Source: an uncultured bacterium
GTDB taxonomy: Bacteria > Hydrothermota > Tepidihabitantia > Tepidihabitantales > Tepidihabitantaceae
Length of the DNA stretch: 46,344 nucleotides
NCBI GenBank assembly: GCA_964485845.1
Contig: CAZAKP010000002.1
Span: 1 to 46,344 of the forward strand
Direction of reading: 5' to 3'
Shown: piece by piece, positions 1-7,913 of the stretch
Layout of the letters: each line of letters starts with the position of its first letter
Position numbering within the stretch: the stretch's first letter is position 1
The notes under the pieces: generated by a model
Database searches by the model: none
The model's input: the letters and a program-made list of their open reading frames with translations, nothing else
Told to the model about the DNA's origin: nothing
Made by a program: the position numbers and the translations under genes

Positions 1-78
1 CTATTCAGACGCACCAGCCGTCAGAAGGATGTCAAGCCTTTTTCAACAGCCCCAGCGTCCCTATTTAAGGAGGCAAAC

Positions 79-2658
79 GTGAAGAGCAGTAAGCGAGTGA
101 TGAGAAAGAAAGCGCCGGCGAAGTCGTTCCCGATTGTCGGTATCGGCGCGTCGGCGGGCGGGCTGGAAGCGGTGACCGAGCTTTTGCAGGCGCTGCCCGC
201 CAACCCGGGTATGGCGTTTGTGGTCATGCAGCACCTCGACCCGACGCACGAGAGCGCGCTGCCGACGTTGCTCGGCCGCGTGACGAACCTGCCGGTCGCG
301 GAGGCCAAGCAGAACCTGCGCGTCGAAGTCAACCGCGTCTACGTGATTCCGCCCAACAAGGCCATCCGGGTGGCCGGACGCCGGCTGAAGGTGACGCCGC
401 GCCGGACCGAGAAGGACGTGCGGATGCCGATCGACGAGTTTCTCGTGTCGCTCGCCACCGAGGAGGGAAGCAACGCCATCGGCGTAGTTCTCTCGGGCAA
501 CGGCTCGGACGGCACGGCCGGGCTCATGGCGATCAAGACCGCCGGGGGCATCACGTTCGCGCAGGACGAGAAGACGGCCAAGTACACCTCCATGCCGGCG
601 AGCGCGGTCGCGGCCGGCTGCGTGGATTTCGTTCTGTCGCCCGCCAAGATCGCGAAGGAGATGGTCGCACTTGCCGGCCGCCCGGCGGGCTCGGAAGTGC
701 CCATCCTGCCGACCACGTCGAAGGCGCGCGGTGAGGAACGGGCTTTCGAGGAGATTGTCGCGGTGATCCGCCAGCGGCTCGGCGTGGACTTCACCTACTA
801 CAAGCGCCCGACGCTTGACCGGAGAATCCACCGGCGGATGGCGCTGCGGCGTTTCGACAAGCTGCACGAGTACTCCGACTACCTGCGCCGCCACCCGGCC
901 GAGGTACAGGAGTTGTTCAATGATATCCTCATCCACGTGACCGGCTTCTTCCGGGACAAAAGCGTTTTCACCACGCTGAAGAAGAAGATACTGCCGAGAC
1001 TGGTCAAGGGCCGCGGGCCGGAGGATGCAGTCCGCGTCTGGGTGCCGGGCTGTTCGAGCGGGGAAGAGGTCTATTCCATCACCATTGCGCTGGTGGAATT
1101 TCTCTCGGAAAAGGGGATGCACAACCCGATCCAGGTGTTCGGTACGGACATCAACCTGAAGGCGCTCGACCGCGCCCGGCAGGGCTTCTATCCGGCCGGC
1201 ATCGCCGCCGAGGTGTCGGCGGAACGGCTGCACCGTTTCTTCGCCAAATCCGACAGTGGCTACCGCATCAACAAGACCATCCGCGAGCTGTGCGTGTTCG
1301 CCCGCCAGAACGTGGCCGTGGACCCGCCGTTCTCCAACCTCGACCTGATCAGTTGCCGCAACGTGCTCATCTACCTGGGCGCGCCGCTGCAGCGCAAGGT
1401 GTTTCCGATATTCCACTACGCCCTCCGCCCGGGCGGCTACCTCTTGCTCGGCGCGTCGGAAACCACCGGCGCCGCAGTGGACCTGTTCGAGCTGGCGGAC
1501 AAGAAAGACAAGTTCTACGTGAAGCGGACGACGCTGGTGCGGCCGCCGATTGCGTTCGGGCGCGCCCTGCCCGAGGCGAAGGCCGAAACGCCGGGAGCGG
1601 AGGCGGCAACCGCTCCGGCCCAGCTCGTCCCATCCGCGGCCGAGGTCCAGAAGCAGGCCGACCGGCTGGTACTCACGCACTACAGCCCGATTGGCGTCGT
1701 GGTCAACCGGCAGATGGAGGTGCTCCAGTTCCGGGGCCGCACCGCGGCTTACCTGGAACACGCGCAGGGTGATGCGAGCCTCAACCTCCTGAAGCTGGCG
1801 CGCGAAGGACTGGACCTCGACCTGCGCACTGCGCTCAACAAGGCCATCAGGCAGAACGTCCGGGCCCGGCTGGAGAATGTCCGAGTTCGGCTCAACGGCG
1901 ACTACGGCTTCGTCAACGTCGAGGTGCTGCCCTTCACCGTGCCGCCGTCGCACGAACGTTTCTTCCTCGTCTCGTTCGAACCGGTACCGGAGGTCGAGAC
2001 TCCGGGGGGACGCAGGCCGCGCGGGCGCGGCGCGCGTGGGCCTTCCGAAGGAAAGGAGCTGACCAAGCTGCGTGAGGAGCTGGCGTCGACGCGCGAGTCG
2101 CTGCAGGCGATTATCGAGGAGCAGGAGGCGACCAACGAGGAACTGCGCTCGGCCAACGAAGAGATAACCTCCTCCAACGAAGAGCTGCAGTCGACCAACG
2201 AGGAGCTTGAGACCGCCAAGGAGGAACTGCAGTCTACTAACGAAGAGCTTTCGACGCTCAACGACGAGCTGGAGAGCCGCAACTCCGAACTGGAGAACGT
2301 CAACAACGACCTCCACAACCTCATGGCCAGCGTCAACATCCCGATTGTCATCGTCGGCAGCGACCTGCACATCCGGCGGTTCACCAACGTCGCCGAGAAG
2401 CTGCTCAACCTCATACCCGGCGACGTGGGCCGGCCGATCACCGACATCAAGATGCGCTTGGAGGTGCCGAAGCTCGACAAGCACATCCGCGAGGTAATTG
2501 ACACGCTCCAGACTAAAGACCTCGAAGTGCAGGACGAGAACAGCCACTGGTGGAGCGTGCGGGTTCGCCCCTACAAGACCACCGACCACAAGATCGACGG
2601 CGCGGTAATCGCGTTCGTGGACGTCGACCAACTGAAGAACCCGGTGACAGCGAAGTGA
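79..2658 (+). CDS. Two-component-system CheB/CheR fusion protein: CheB-type methylesterase, CheR-type SAM methyltransferase, heptad coiled coil and C-terminal PAS
   Basis: The N-terminus carries the CheB methylesterase signature (GIGASAGGLEA ... VLSGNGSDGT ... ITFAQDE). The middle region carries a CheR methyltransferase signature (GFFRD ... VWVPGCSSGEEVYS ... NVLIYL). Nine tandem 21-nt/7-aa repeats (xTNEELx) form a coiled coil at nt ~2125..2313, followed by a PAS fold. RBS AGGAGG lies 6 nt upstream of GTG 79; ATG 100 is an alternative start. Confidence 0.85.
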   Translation: MKSSKRVMRKKAPAKSFPIVGIGASAGGLEAVTELLQALPANPGMAFVVMQHLDPTHESALPTLLGRVTNLPVAEAKQNLRVEVNRVYVIPPNKAIRVAGRRLKVTPRRTEKDVRMPIDEFLVSLATEEGSNAIGVVLSGNGSDGTAGLMAIKTAGGITFAQDEKTAKYTSMPASAVAAGCVDFVLSPAKIAKEMVALAGRPAGSEVPILPTTSKARGEERAFEEIVAVIRQRLGVDFTYYKRPTLDRRIHRRMALRRFDKLHEYSDYLRRHPAEVQELFNDILIHVTGFFRDKSVFTTLKKKILPRLVKGRGPEDAVRVWVPGCSSGEEVYSITIALVEFLSEKGMHNPIQVFGTDINLKALDRARQGFYPAGIAAEVSAERLHRFFAKSDSGYRINKTIRELCVFARQNVAVDPPFSNLDLISCRNVLIYLGAPLQRKVFPIFHYALRPGGYLLLGASETTGAAVDLFELADKKDKFYVKRTTLVRPPIAFGRALPEAKAETPGAEAATAPAQLVPSAAEVQKQADRLVLTHYSPIGVVVNRQMEVLQFRGRTAAYLEHAQGDASLNLLKLAREGLDLDLRTALNKAIRQNVRARLENVRVRLNGDYGFVNVEVLPFTVPPSHERFFLVSFEPVPEVETPGGRRPRGRGARGPSEGKELTKLREELASTRESLQAIIEEQEATNEELRSANEEITSSNEELQSTNEELETAKEELQSTNEELSTLNDELESRNSELENVNNDLHNLMASVNIPIVIVGSDLHIRRFTNVAEKLLNLIPGDVGRPITDIKMRLEVPKLDKHIREVIDTLQTKDLEVQDENSHWWSVRVRPYKTTDHKIDGAVIAFVDVDQLKNPVTAK
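2125..2313 (+). repeat. In-frame 21-nt tandem repeats (about 9 units) encoding the xTNEELx heptad coiled coil of the CheB/CheR fusion
   Basis: Direct reading shows aacgaagagctgcagtcgacc / aacgaggagcttgagaccgcc / aaggaggaactgcagtctact and further units. The translation has periodic STNEELQ repeats. Confidence 0.8.
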
Positions 2659-2945
2659 AGCTCAGGCGCTCCGCCAAAACGGGGACTGTCCCTTCCGAAG
2701 TGGGGACAGATCCGCGCCGAGTCCGACGCAGGCGCTCCGCGGACCTGTCCCCGCTTCGCAAGACAGCCTCGCGTCGCTCCGTAGACGTGGAAATAGGGAC
2801 TGTCACTTCGCAGGGCCCTCGTGCGACTGGGGACACATCCGCGCCGCGTTCGTCGCGCCGCTCCGTGGACGTGTCCCCTCCGAAGACTGTCCCCATTTTG
2901 AGGCAGGGGAAGAAGAAGAAAATGGGTAGCGTCCCCATTTTACGG
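2659..2945. repeat. Intergenic block of nested GGGAC/GTCCC palindromes spanning the histidine-kinase start codon
   Basis: GGGGACTGTCCC lies at 2681-2692. Two ~50-nt hairpins of the form GGGGACAN-(tccgcgcc...ctccg.ggac)-NTGTCCCC lie at 2702-2751 and 2829-2878. GGAAATAGGGACTGTC lies at 2783-2798, GTCCCCATTTT at 2890-2900, and AAAATGGG tagc GTCCCCATTTT at 2918-2941 overlaps ATG 2922. Confidence 0.7.
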
Positions 2946-5084
2946 GAACTTCATGACCTGCGGGAGCAGCTTGCTGTCGAGCGGCTGGACTTCGAGTCGG
3001 CCAATGAGGCGGCGATCGAGGCCCTGCGCGAGCTGGAGCTTTCCCGCGAACGCTACGCGGACCTTTTCAATAATGCCCCGCTCGGCTATCTCCTGCTCGA
3101 CCGCAACGGTTTCATCCGCGAAGCCAACCGGACTGCCGCGCTGATGCTGGGTGAGCCTGCCGACCGGCTGTGTAACGTCCTGCTCGCGCACTTCGTCGCC
3201 AAAGAAGACAGGCGGAGCCTGCTAAGGCACCTGAACCGGTGCCGGCACAGCGCGAGTGACGAAGAGGTAACCACCGGGCTGAGGATGGCCGGCGCCGAAG
3301 GCCGGCTGCTTGACGTCGCGCTCACCAGCCGGACGCAGCCGGGAATGCCCAAATCGCTCGCGCAGGTCCGCTATCGCACCGCGATGGTGGACGTTACCGA
3401 CCGCAAACGGGCCGAGGCCCAGGTGCGGGCGGACGTCGCCGCCCTGACCCGAATGCACGATTTGAGCGTTGCTTCCCTGGGCGGGCTGGGCCTCGGGCCG
3501 CTGCTTCAGGAGGTCATGAACACGGCGGTGGCTATCGTCGGTGCAGGTCGGGGCACTCTGCAGTTGCTGGAGGGCGGCTCCCTGAGTATGGCTGCCCAAT
3601 CCGGGCACGAGCAGCCGTTTCTGGAGTTCTTCGGCCGGGCCGAGAACCGGGCCTCGTCGTGCGGCGAGGCGCTCAGGTGCCGGGAACGGGTGATGGTTCC
3701 CGATGTCGAGGCGAGCCCGCTATTCGCCGGCACGCCCTCGCTCGACGTTCTGCGCAAGGCCGGAGTCCGGGCCGTGCAATCAACTCCGATGGTCAGCGCC
3801 TCGGGCAATCTGCTGGGCATCCTGACCACTCACTGGAGCGAACCCCATTCGGTGAACGAGCACGACCTCTGGCGACTTGACCTTTTGGCGCGGCAGGCTG
3901 CCGACCTGATTGAATCCGGCCGCGCGAGACAGGCCCTGCGCGAAAGCGAGGAGAAGTACCGCAGCGTGGTCGAACGGGCGAGTGACGGAATCTGCGTCAT
4001 CCAGCAGGGCCGGCTCAGCTATGTGAACCAGCGGCTGGCAGAGATGGTGCAGCACAAGCCGGAAGAACTGGTCGGCCGGGAGTTCATCGATTACGTATGC
4101 CCGGATGACCGGACGATGGCTCTCGACCAGTACCGCCGCCGCCTCGCCGGCGAGACGTCTTCGTACGAAGTCAGGCTCATCGGCCACGACGGCGACGAGG
4201 TGCTGGTCGAGGTCAACGCCGCGCTGGCGATGTATGGCGGCGAACAGGCCGACATCGTCCTCGTCCGTGACGTCACCGAGCGCCGGCAGGCTGAGCGCAG
4301 ACTGCTGGAGACGCTGGCCGAGCTGAAGCGTTCCAACGAGGAGCTGGAGCAGTTTGCCTACGTCGCGTCGCACGACCTGCAGGAGCCGCTGCGGATGGTT
4401 TCGAACTACGTCGACCTGCTGCGGCGGCGTTACCGGACGAAGCTGGATGGACAGGCCGACAAGTACATCGACTACGCGGCGGGCGGAGCTAAGCGGATGC
4501 AGGCGCTCATCACCGACCTCTTGACGTTCTCCCGAGCCGGCCGGCGCGAGTGGCAGACGACCCGGGTCGACCTCAATCAAGTATTCCAGCGGGCGCTGTG
4601 CAACCTGGAGGCGGCCATCGGTGAAGCCGGCGCGGAAGTCACGTCGAGCACGTTGCCAACCGTCGCCGGCGACGAGCTGGCCCTCGTGCAGTTGTTCCAG
4701 AACCTGATTGACAACGGCATCAAGTTCCGCAGCAAGGAACCGCCGGCGGTGAGAGTGGAAGCGGAGACGCGGGGACGCGGGGACGCGGAGACACGGGGAC
4801 ACGGAGACGCGGAGACGGGGTTCGTCACTATCCGCGTTTCCGACAACGGCATCGGGATCGAGCCGCGCCACGCCGAACGGGTCTTCCGGCTGTTCCAGCG
4901 CCTGCACACGGCCGAGGAGTATCCCGGCACGGGTATCGGCCTCGCGGTGTGTAAGCGCATCGTCGAGCGCCACGGCGGACGCATCTGGGTGGAACCCGGG
5001 TCGGGTAAGGGCACAACTTTCTCATTTACGCTCCCCGGAGGCGAACTGAATGCGGGTCAGCATCCGCCCTCCCGCGAATCATGA
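2922..5084 (+). CDS. Multi-sensor histidine kinase (PAS-GAF-PAS-HisKA-HATPase_c)
   Basis: The phosphoacceptor H-box reads FAYVASHDLQEPLRMV. The N, G1 and G2 boxes read [18 protein letters not shown] and [18 protein letters not shown]. The ORF track extends to 2550, but the upstream in-frame region is low-complexity and Arg-rich, so ATG 2922 (MGSVPIL) was chosen. The 8-nt tandem repeat at 4761-4817 encodes ETRGRGDAETRGHGDAETG. Confidence 0.8.
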   Translation: MGSVPILRELHDLREQLAVERLDFESANEAAIEALRELELSRERYADLFNNAPLGYLLLDRNGFIREANRTAALMLGEPADRLCNVLLAHFVAKEDRRSLLRHLNRCRHSASDEEVTTGLRMAGAEGRLLDVALTSRTQPGMPKSLAQVRYRTAMVDVTDRKRAEAQVRADVAALTRMHDLSVASLGGLGLGPLLQEVMNTAVAIVGAGRGTLQLLEGGSLSMAAQSGHEQPFLEFFGRAENRASSCGEALRCRERVMVPDVEASPLFAGTPSLDVLRKAGVRAVQSTPMVSASGNLLGILTTHWSEPHSVNEHDLWRLDLLARQAADLIESGRARQALRESEEKYRSVVERASDGICVIQQGRLSYVNQRLAEMVQHKPEELVGREFIDYVCPDDRTMALDQYRRRLAGETSSYEVRLIGHDGDEVLVEVNAALAMYGGEQADIVLVRDVTERRQAERRLLETLAELKRSNEELEQFAYVASHDLQEPLRMVSNYVDLLRRRYRTKLDGQADKYIDYAAGGAKRMQALITDLLTFSRAGRREWQTTRVDLNQVFQRALCNLEAAIGEAGAEVTSSTLPTVAGDELALVQLFQNLIDNGIKFRSKEPPAVRVEAETRGRGDAETRGHGDAETGFVTIRVSDNGIGIEPRHAERVFRLFQRLHTAEEYPGTGIGLAVCKRIVERHGGRIWVEPGSGKGTTFSFTLPGGELNAGQHPPSRES
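4761..4817 (+). repeat. 8-nt coding microsatellite (G[GA]GACRCG)x7 inside the histidine-kinase ATP-binding domain
   Basis: Direct reading gives gagacgcg gggacgcg gggacgcg gagacacg gggacacg gagacgcg gagacggg. The unit length is not a multiple of 3. The paralogous gene carries only 2 units (8771-8789) and loses frame. Confidence 0.75.
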
Positions 5085-5150
5085 GTAGACAGTGTCGCGT
5101 GCATCCCACCAGTCGTATTCGGGATTACCGCCATTTAAGGAGGTCTTGAG

Positions 5151-6503
5151 ATGAAAAACAGCAGCACGCCGCCCCGGACAGCCGGCGGGCGGAACCGACT
5201 CGATGCGCACTTTGCCCCGGGCGAGGCGGTGGACCGAATCAATCTCCTTGCGTCGATTGTGGAGTCATCGGACGATGCCATCATCACCAAAACGTCGAAG
5301 GGCGTCATAACGTCGTGGAACAACGGCGCCGAGAGGATTTACGGTTTTACGGCCGACGAAGTAGTGGGTCGTCCCATCTCGATTCTGCTTCCGCCCGGCC
5401 AGGTTGACGACGTTCCGGCCATCCTCGAGCGGATTACGCGCGGGGAGAGCATCCACCACTACGAGACCCGGCGCCGGCGCAAGGATGATTCGCTGCTCGA
5501 CGTGTCGGTGAGCATATCGCCGGTCAAGGACCGCACCGGCCGCATCGTCGGTGCCTCGACCATCGCCCGCGATATCTCGGCCGAGGTCGCCGCCCGCCGC
5601 CAGTCCGAGGAGAAGCTCGCGGCCGCCTCGCAGTACGCGCGCAGCCTGGTTGAGTCGTCGCTCGACCCGCTCGTGACCATCTCGGCCGACGGCAAGATTA
5701 CCGACGTGAACGAAGCTACCGTCAAGGTCACCGGCGTGCCGCGCGAGCAGCTTATCGGGACCGACTTCTCCAACTATTTCACCGAGCCGGACAAGGCCCG
5801 GGAAGGCTACCAGCAGGTGTTCGCCGAGGGCTTCGTGACCGACTACCCGCTGACCATCCGCCACGGCGACGGCCGGCTGACCGACGTGCTCTACAACGCC
5901 AGCGTCTATCGCGATAACCGGGGCAACGTCACCGGCGTGTTTGCCGCCGCGCGGGACGTAACGCTTCAGAAGCAGAGCTCGCTCTACGCCCGCAGCCTCA
6001 TCGAATCGTCGCTCGACCCGTTCGTGACGATCTCGGCCGACGGCAAGATTACCGACGTCAACGAGGCCACCGTCGCGGTAACCGGCGTCCCGCGCGAACA
6101 GCTCATCGGGACCGACTTCTCCAACTACTTCACCGAGCCGGATAAGGCCCGGCAGGGTTACCAGCAGGTGTTCGCCAAAGGCTACGTCACCGACTACCCG
6201 CTGACTATCCGCCACCGCGACGGCCGGCTGACCAGCGTGCTCTACAACGCGAGCGTTTTCCGCGATACGCGCGGCAATATCATGGGCGTCTTTGCCGCCG
6301 CCCGCGACGTCACGGCCACGAAGCGGGCCGAGGCGGAGCTGGCCGAACAGCGCCGGCGGGAACAGGAGCGGCTGGCCGAGCTCGAGAAGTTCCAGAAGCT
6401 CACCGTGGGCCGCGAACTGCGGATGGTCGAGCTCAAGAAGGAGATCGAGGAATTGAAGCGGGCGGCGGGCAGTCGTGCCGCCGGTGCGCAGGGAGCAGAC
6501 TGA
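5151..6503 (+). CDS. Triple-PAS sensor protein with no recognisable output domain and a C-terminal coiled coil (ELRMVELKKEIEELK)
   Basis: There are three PAS/PAC folds. The second and third are a ~345-nt tandem duplication (5638-5982 versus 5983-6327, ~90% identical at the aa level). RBS AAGGAGG precedes ATG 5151. The C-terminus overlaps the next ORF by 29 nt in another frame. Confidence 0.75.
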   Translation: MKNSSTPPRTAGGRNRLDAHFAPGEAVDRINLLASIVESSDDAIITKTSKGVITSWNNGAERIYGFTADEVVGRPISILLPPGQVDDVPAILERITRGESIHHYETRRRRKDDSLLDVSVSISPVKDRTGRIVGASTIARDISAEVAARRQSEEKLAAASQYARSLVESSLDPLVTISADGKITDVNEATVKVTGVPREQLIGTDFSNYFTEPDKAREGYQQVFAEGFVTDYPLTIRHGDGRLTDVLYNASVYRDNRGNVTGVFAAARDVTLQKQSSLYARSLIESSLDPFVTISADGKITDVNEATVAVTGVPREQLIGTDFSNYFTEPDKARQGYQQVFAKGYVTDYPLTIRHRDGRLTSVLYNASVFRDTRGNIMGVFAAARDVTATKRAEAELAEQRRREQERLAELEKFQKLTVGRELRMVELKKEIEELKRAAGSRAAGAQGAD

Positions 6504-7458
6504 CTTGACGACAGACCAGCCGGCCACCCGAGAGCTCGAGACCGGTGAGCGGCTGCTGGAACTGGAGCAGGCCTATCGGGCCACCCTCAACGTCCTTGAG
6601 GACTTCGACGCCGAGCGCGGCCGGCTCGCGCAGACCCAGCAGGCCCTGATAAACATCCTCGATGACTTTGACGCGGAAAGGGCCCGGCTCAGCCAGACCC
6701 AGCGCGCGCTGATGAACATCCTCGAGGACGTTGAAGCGGAACGGGTCGAGGTGGAGCGGGCCAAAGGCCTGCTGGAAGCGGCAAACCGGGAGCTGGAGGC
6801 GTTCTCCTATTCGGTTTCACACGACCTGAAAGCCCCGCTGCGGGCCATCGGCGGATTCTCCCGGGCGGTGGTCGAGGACTACGCCCCGCGACTGGACGAT
6901 GAGGGGAAGAAGTACCTGGGTCTTATCGCGAGCAGCGCCGACCACATGGGCCGGCTCATCGACGACCTTCTGGCCTTTTCGCGGCTCGGCCGTCAGGAGA
7001 TGGTCAGGACCGACGTGGACCTCGGGGCGATGGCCGAGGCAGTCTTCGACGAGCTCGCGGCCACGGTGCCCGAACGTGCGCTCCGGCTTGAGGTGGGACC
7101 GGTGCCGCACCTTGAGGGCGACAGCGGGATGTTCCGGCAGGTGCTCGTCAATCTGCTGGCAAACGCGATAAAGTTCACGCGGGCGCGCAAAGCGGCCCGG
7201 GTCGAATTCGGCTGGGCGCCGGCATCCTCGGCCTGGTACGTGAAAGATAACGGTGTCGGGTTCGACGTGCGCTACGTCGACAAGCTCTTCGGGGTGTTCC
7301 AGCGGCTGCACTCTTCAAGCGAGTACGAAGGTACCGGCGTGGGCCTGGCGCTGGTGCAGCGAATTGTCGCGCGGCACGGCGGCAGGGTCTGGGCCGAGTC
7401 CGAGCTCGACCGCGGCGCGACTTTTTACTTCAGCCTGCCGAGAGGAGGACGGAAGTGA
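6475..7458 (+). CDS. Histidine-kinase core (HisKA + HATPase_c) preceded by LNxLEDxDAER coiled-coil repeats; no N-terminal sensor domain of its own
   Basis: The H-box reads FSYSVSHDLKAPLRAI and the ATP-lid reads GTGVGLALVQRIVARHGGRVWAES. The GTG start has no obvious RBS. It may be the C-terminal half of the preceding PAS ORF, separated by a frameshift. Confidence 0.65.
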   Translation: MPPVRREQTDLTTDQPATRELETGERLLELEQAYRATLNVLEDFDAERGRLAQTQQALINILDDFDAERARLSQTQRALMNILEDVEAERVEVERAKGLLEAANRELEAFSYSVSHDLKAPLRAIGGFSRAVVEDYAPRLDDEGKKYLGLIASSADHMGRLIDDLLAFSRLGRQEMVRTDVDLGAMAEAVFDELAATVPERALRLEVGPVPHLEGDSGMFRQVLVNLLANAIKFTRARKAARVEFGWAPASSAWYVKDNGVGFDVRYVDKLFGVFQRLHSSSEYEGTGVGLALVQRIVARHGGRVWAESELDRGATFYFSLPRGGRK

Positions 7459-7913
7459 ACGGCCGGCCGGGTCTTGAGATCGTCGTCGTCGAGGATGACC
7501 CCAGCGATGTGCTGCTGCTGATGCGCGAGTTCCGCAAGCACAACGTCGCAAACAACGTGGTGCTGCTTGAGGACGGCGCCCGCGCGCTCGACTACCTCCT
7601 GCCGGAAGGAGCGCGGCCGATTCCGAGCCCCTCCCGGGTCGTCATCCTGGACTTGAAGCTGCCCAAGGTCAATGGCGTTGAGGTCCTGCGCCGCATGAAG
7701 ACCGACGAGCGGACCCGCGACGTACCGGTGGTGGTACTGACGTCGTCGCAGGAGGAGCGCGACGTCAGGGACGCGCGCGAGGCCGGCGCCGACGGTTACC
7801 TGGTCAAGCCGCTCAAGTTTGATGTCTTTGCCCGGTCCATTCCCAATCCGCACCGGGGCTGGCTGCTCGCGAATGGTGTCGCCCTTGGCGGCGAGGTGAA
7901 GGACACGGTATGA
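7455..7913 (+). CDS. Single-domain response regulator (CheY-like receiver)
   Basis: The N-terminus reads VVVEDDPSDVLLL. The likely phospho-Asp context is VVILDLKLPKVNG, and LTSS ... GADGYLVKP follows. RBS AGAGGAGGA precedes GTG 7455. The start overlaps the stop of the upstream histidine kinase. Confidence 0.8.
   Translation: MNGRPGLEIVVVEDDPSDVLLLMREFRKHNVANNVVLLEDGARALDYLLPEGARPIPSPSRVVILDLKLPKVNGVEVLRRMKTDERTRDVPVVVLTSSQEERDVRDAREAGADGYLVKPLKFDVFARSIPNPHRGWLLANGVALGGEVKDTV

Noticed and set aside
61-2631. Very long antisense or alternate-frame ORFs (61..2631-, 3780..4973-, 5265..6527-, 9524..10843-, 12076..12684-, 13429..14220-, 14707..15540-, 21645..22625-, 23165..24088-, 24973..25845+)
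   Set aside because: They are Arg/Ala/Pro/Gly-rich, low-complexity translations that mirror well-supported genes on the other strand or frame. Such ORFs are a typical high-GC artefact.
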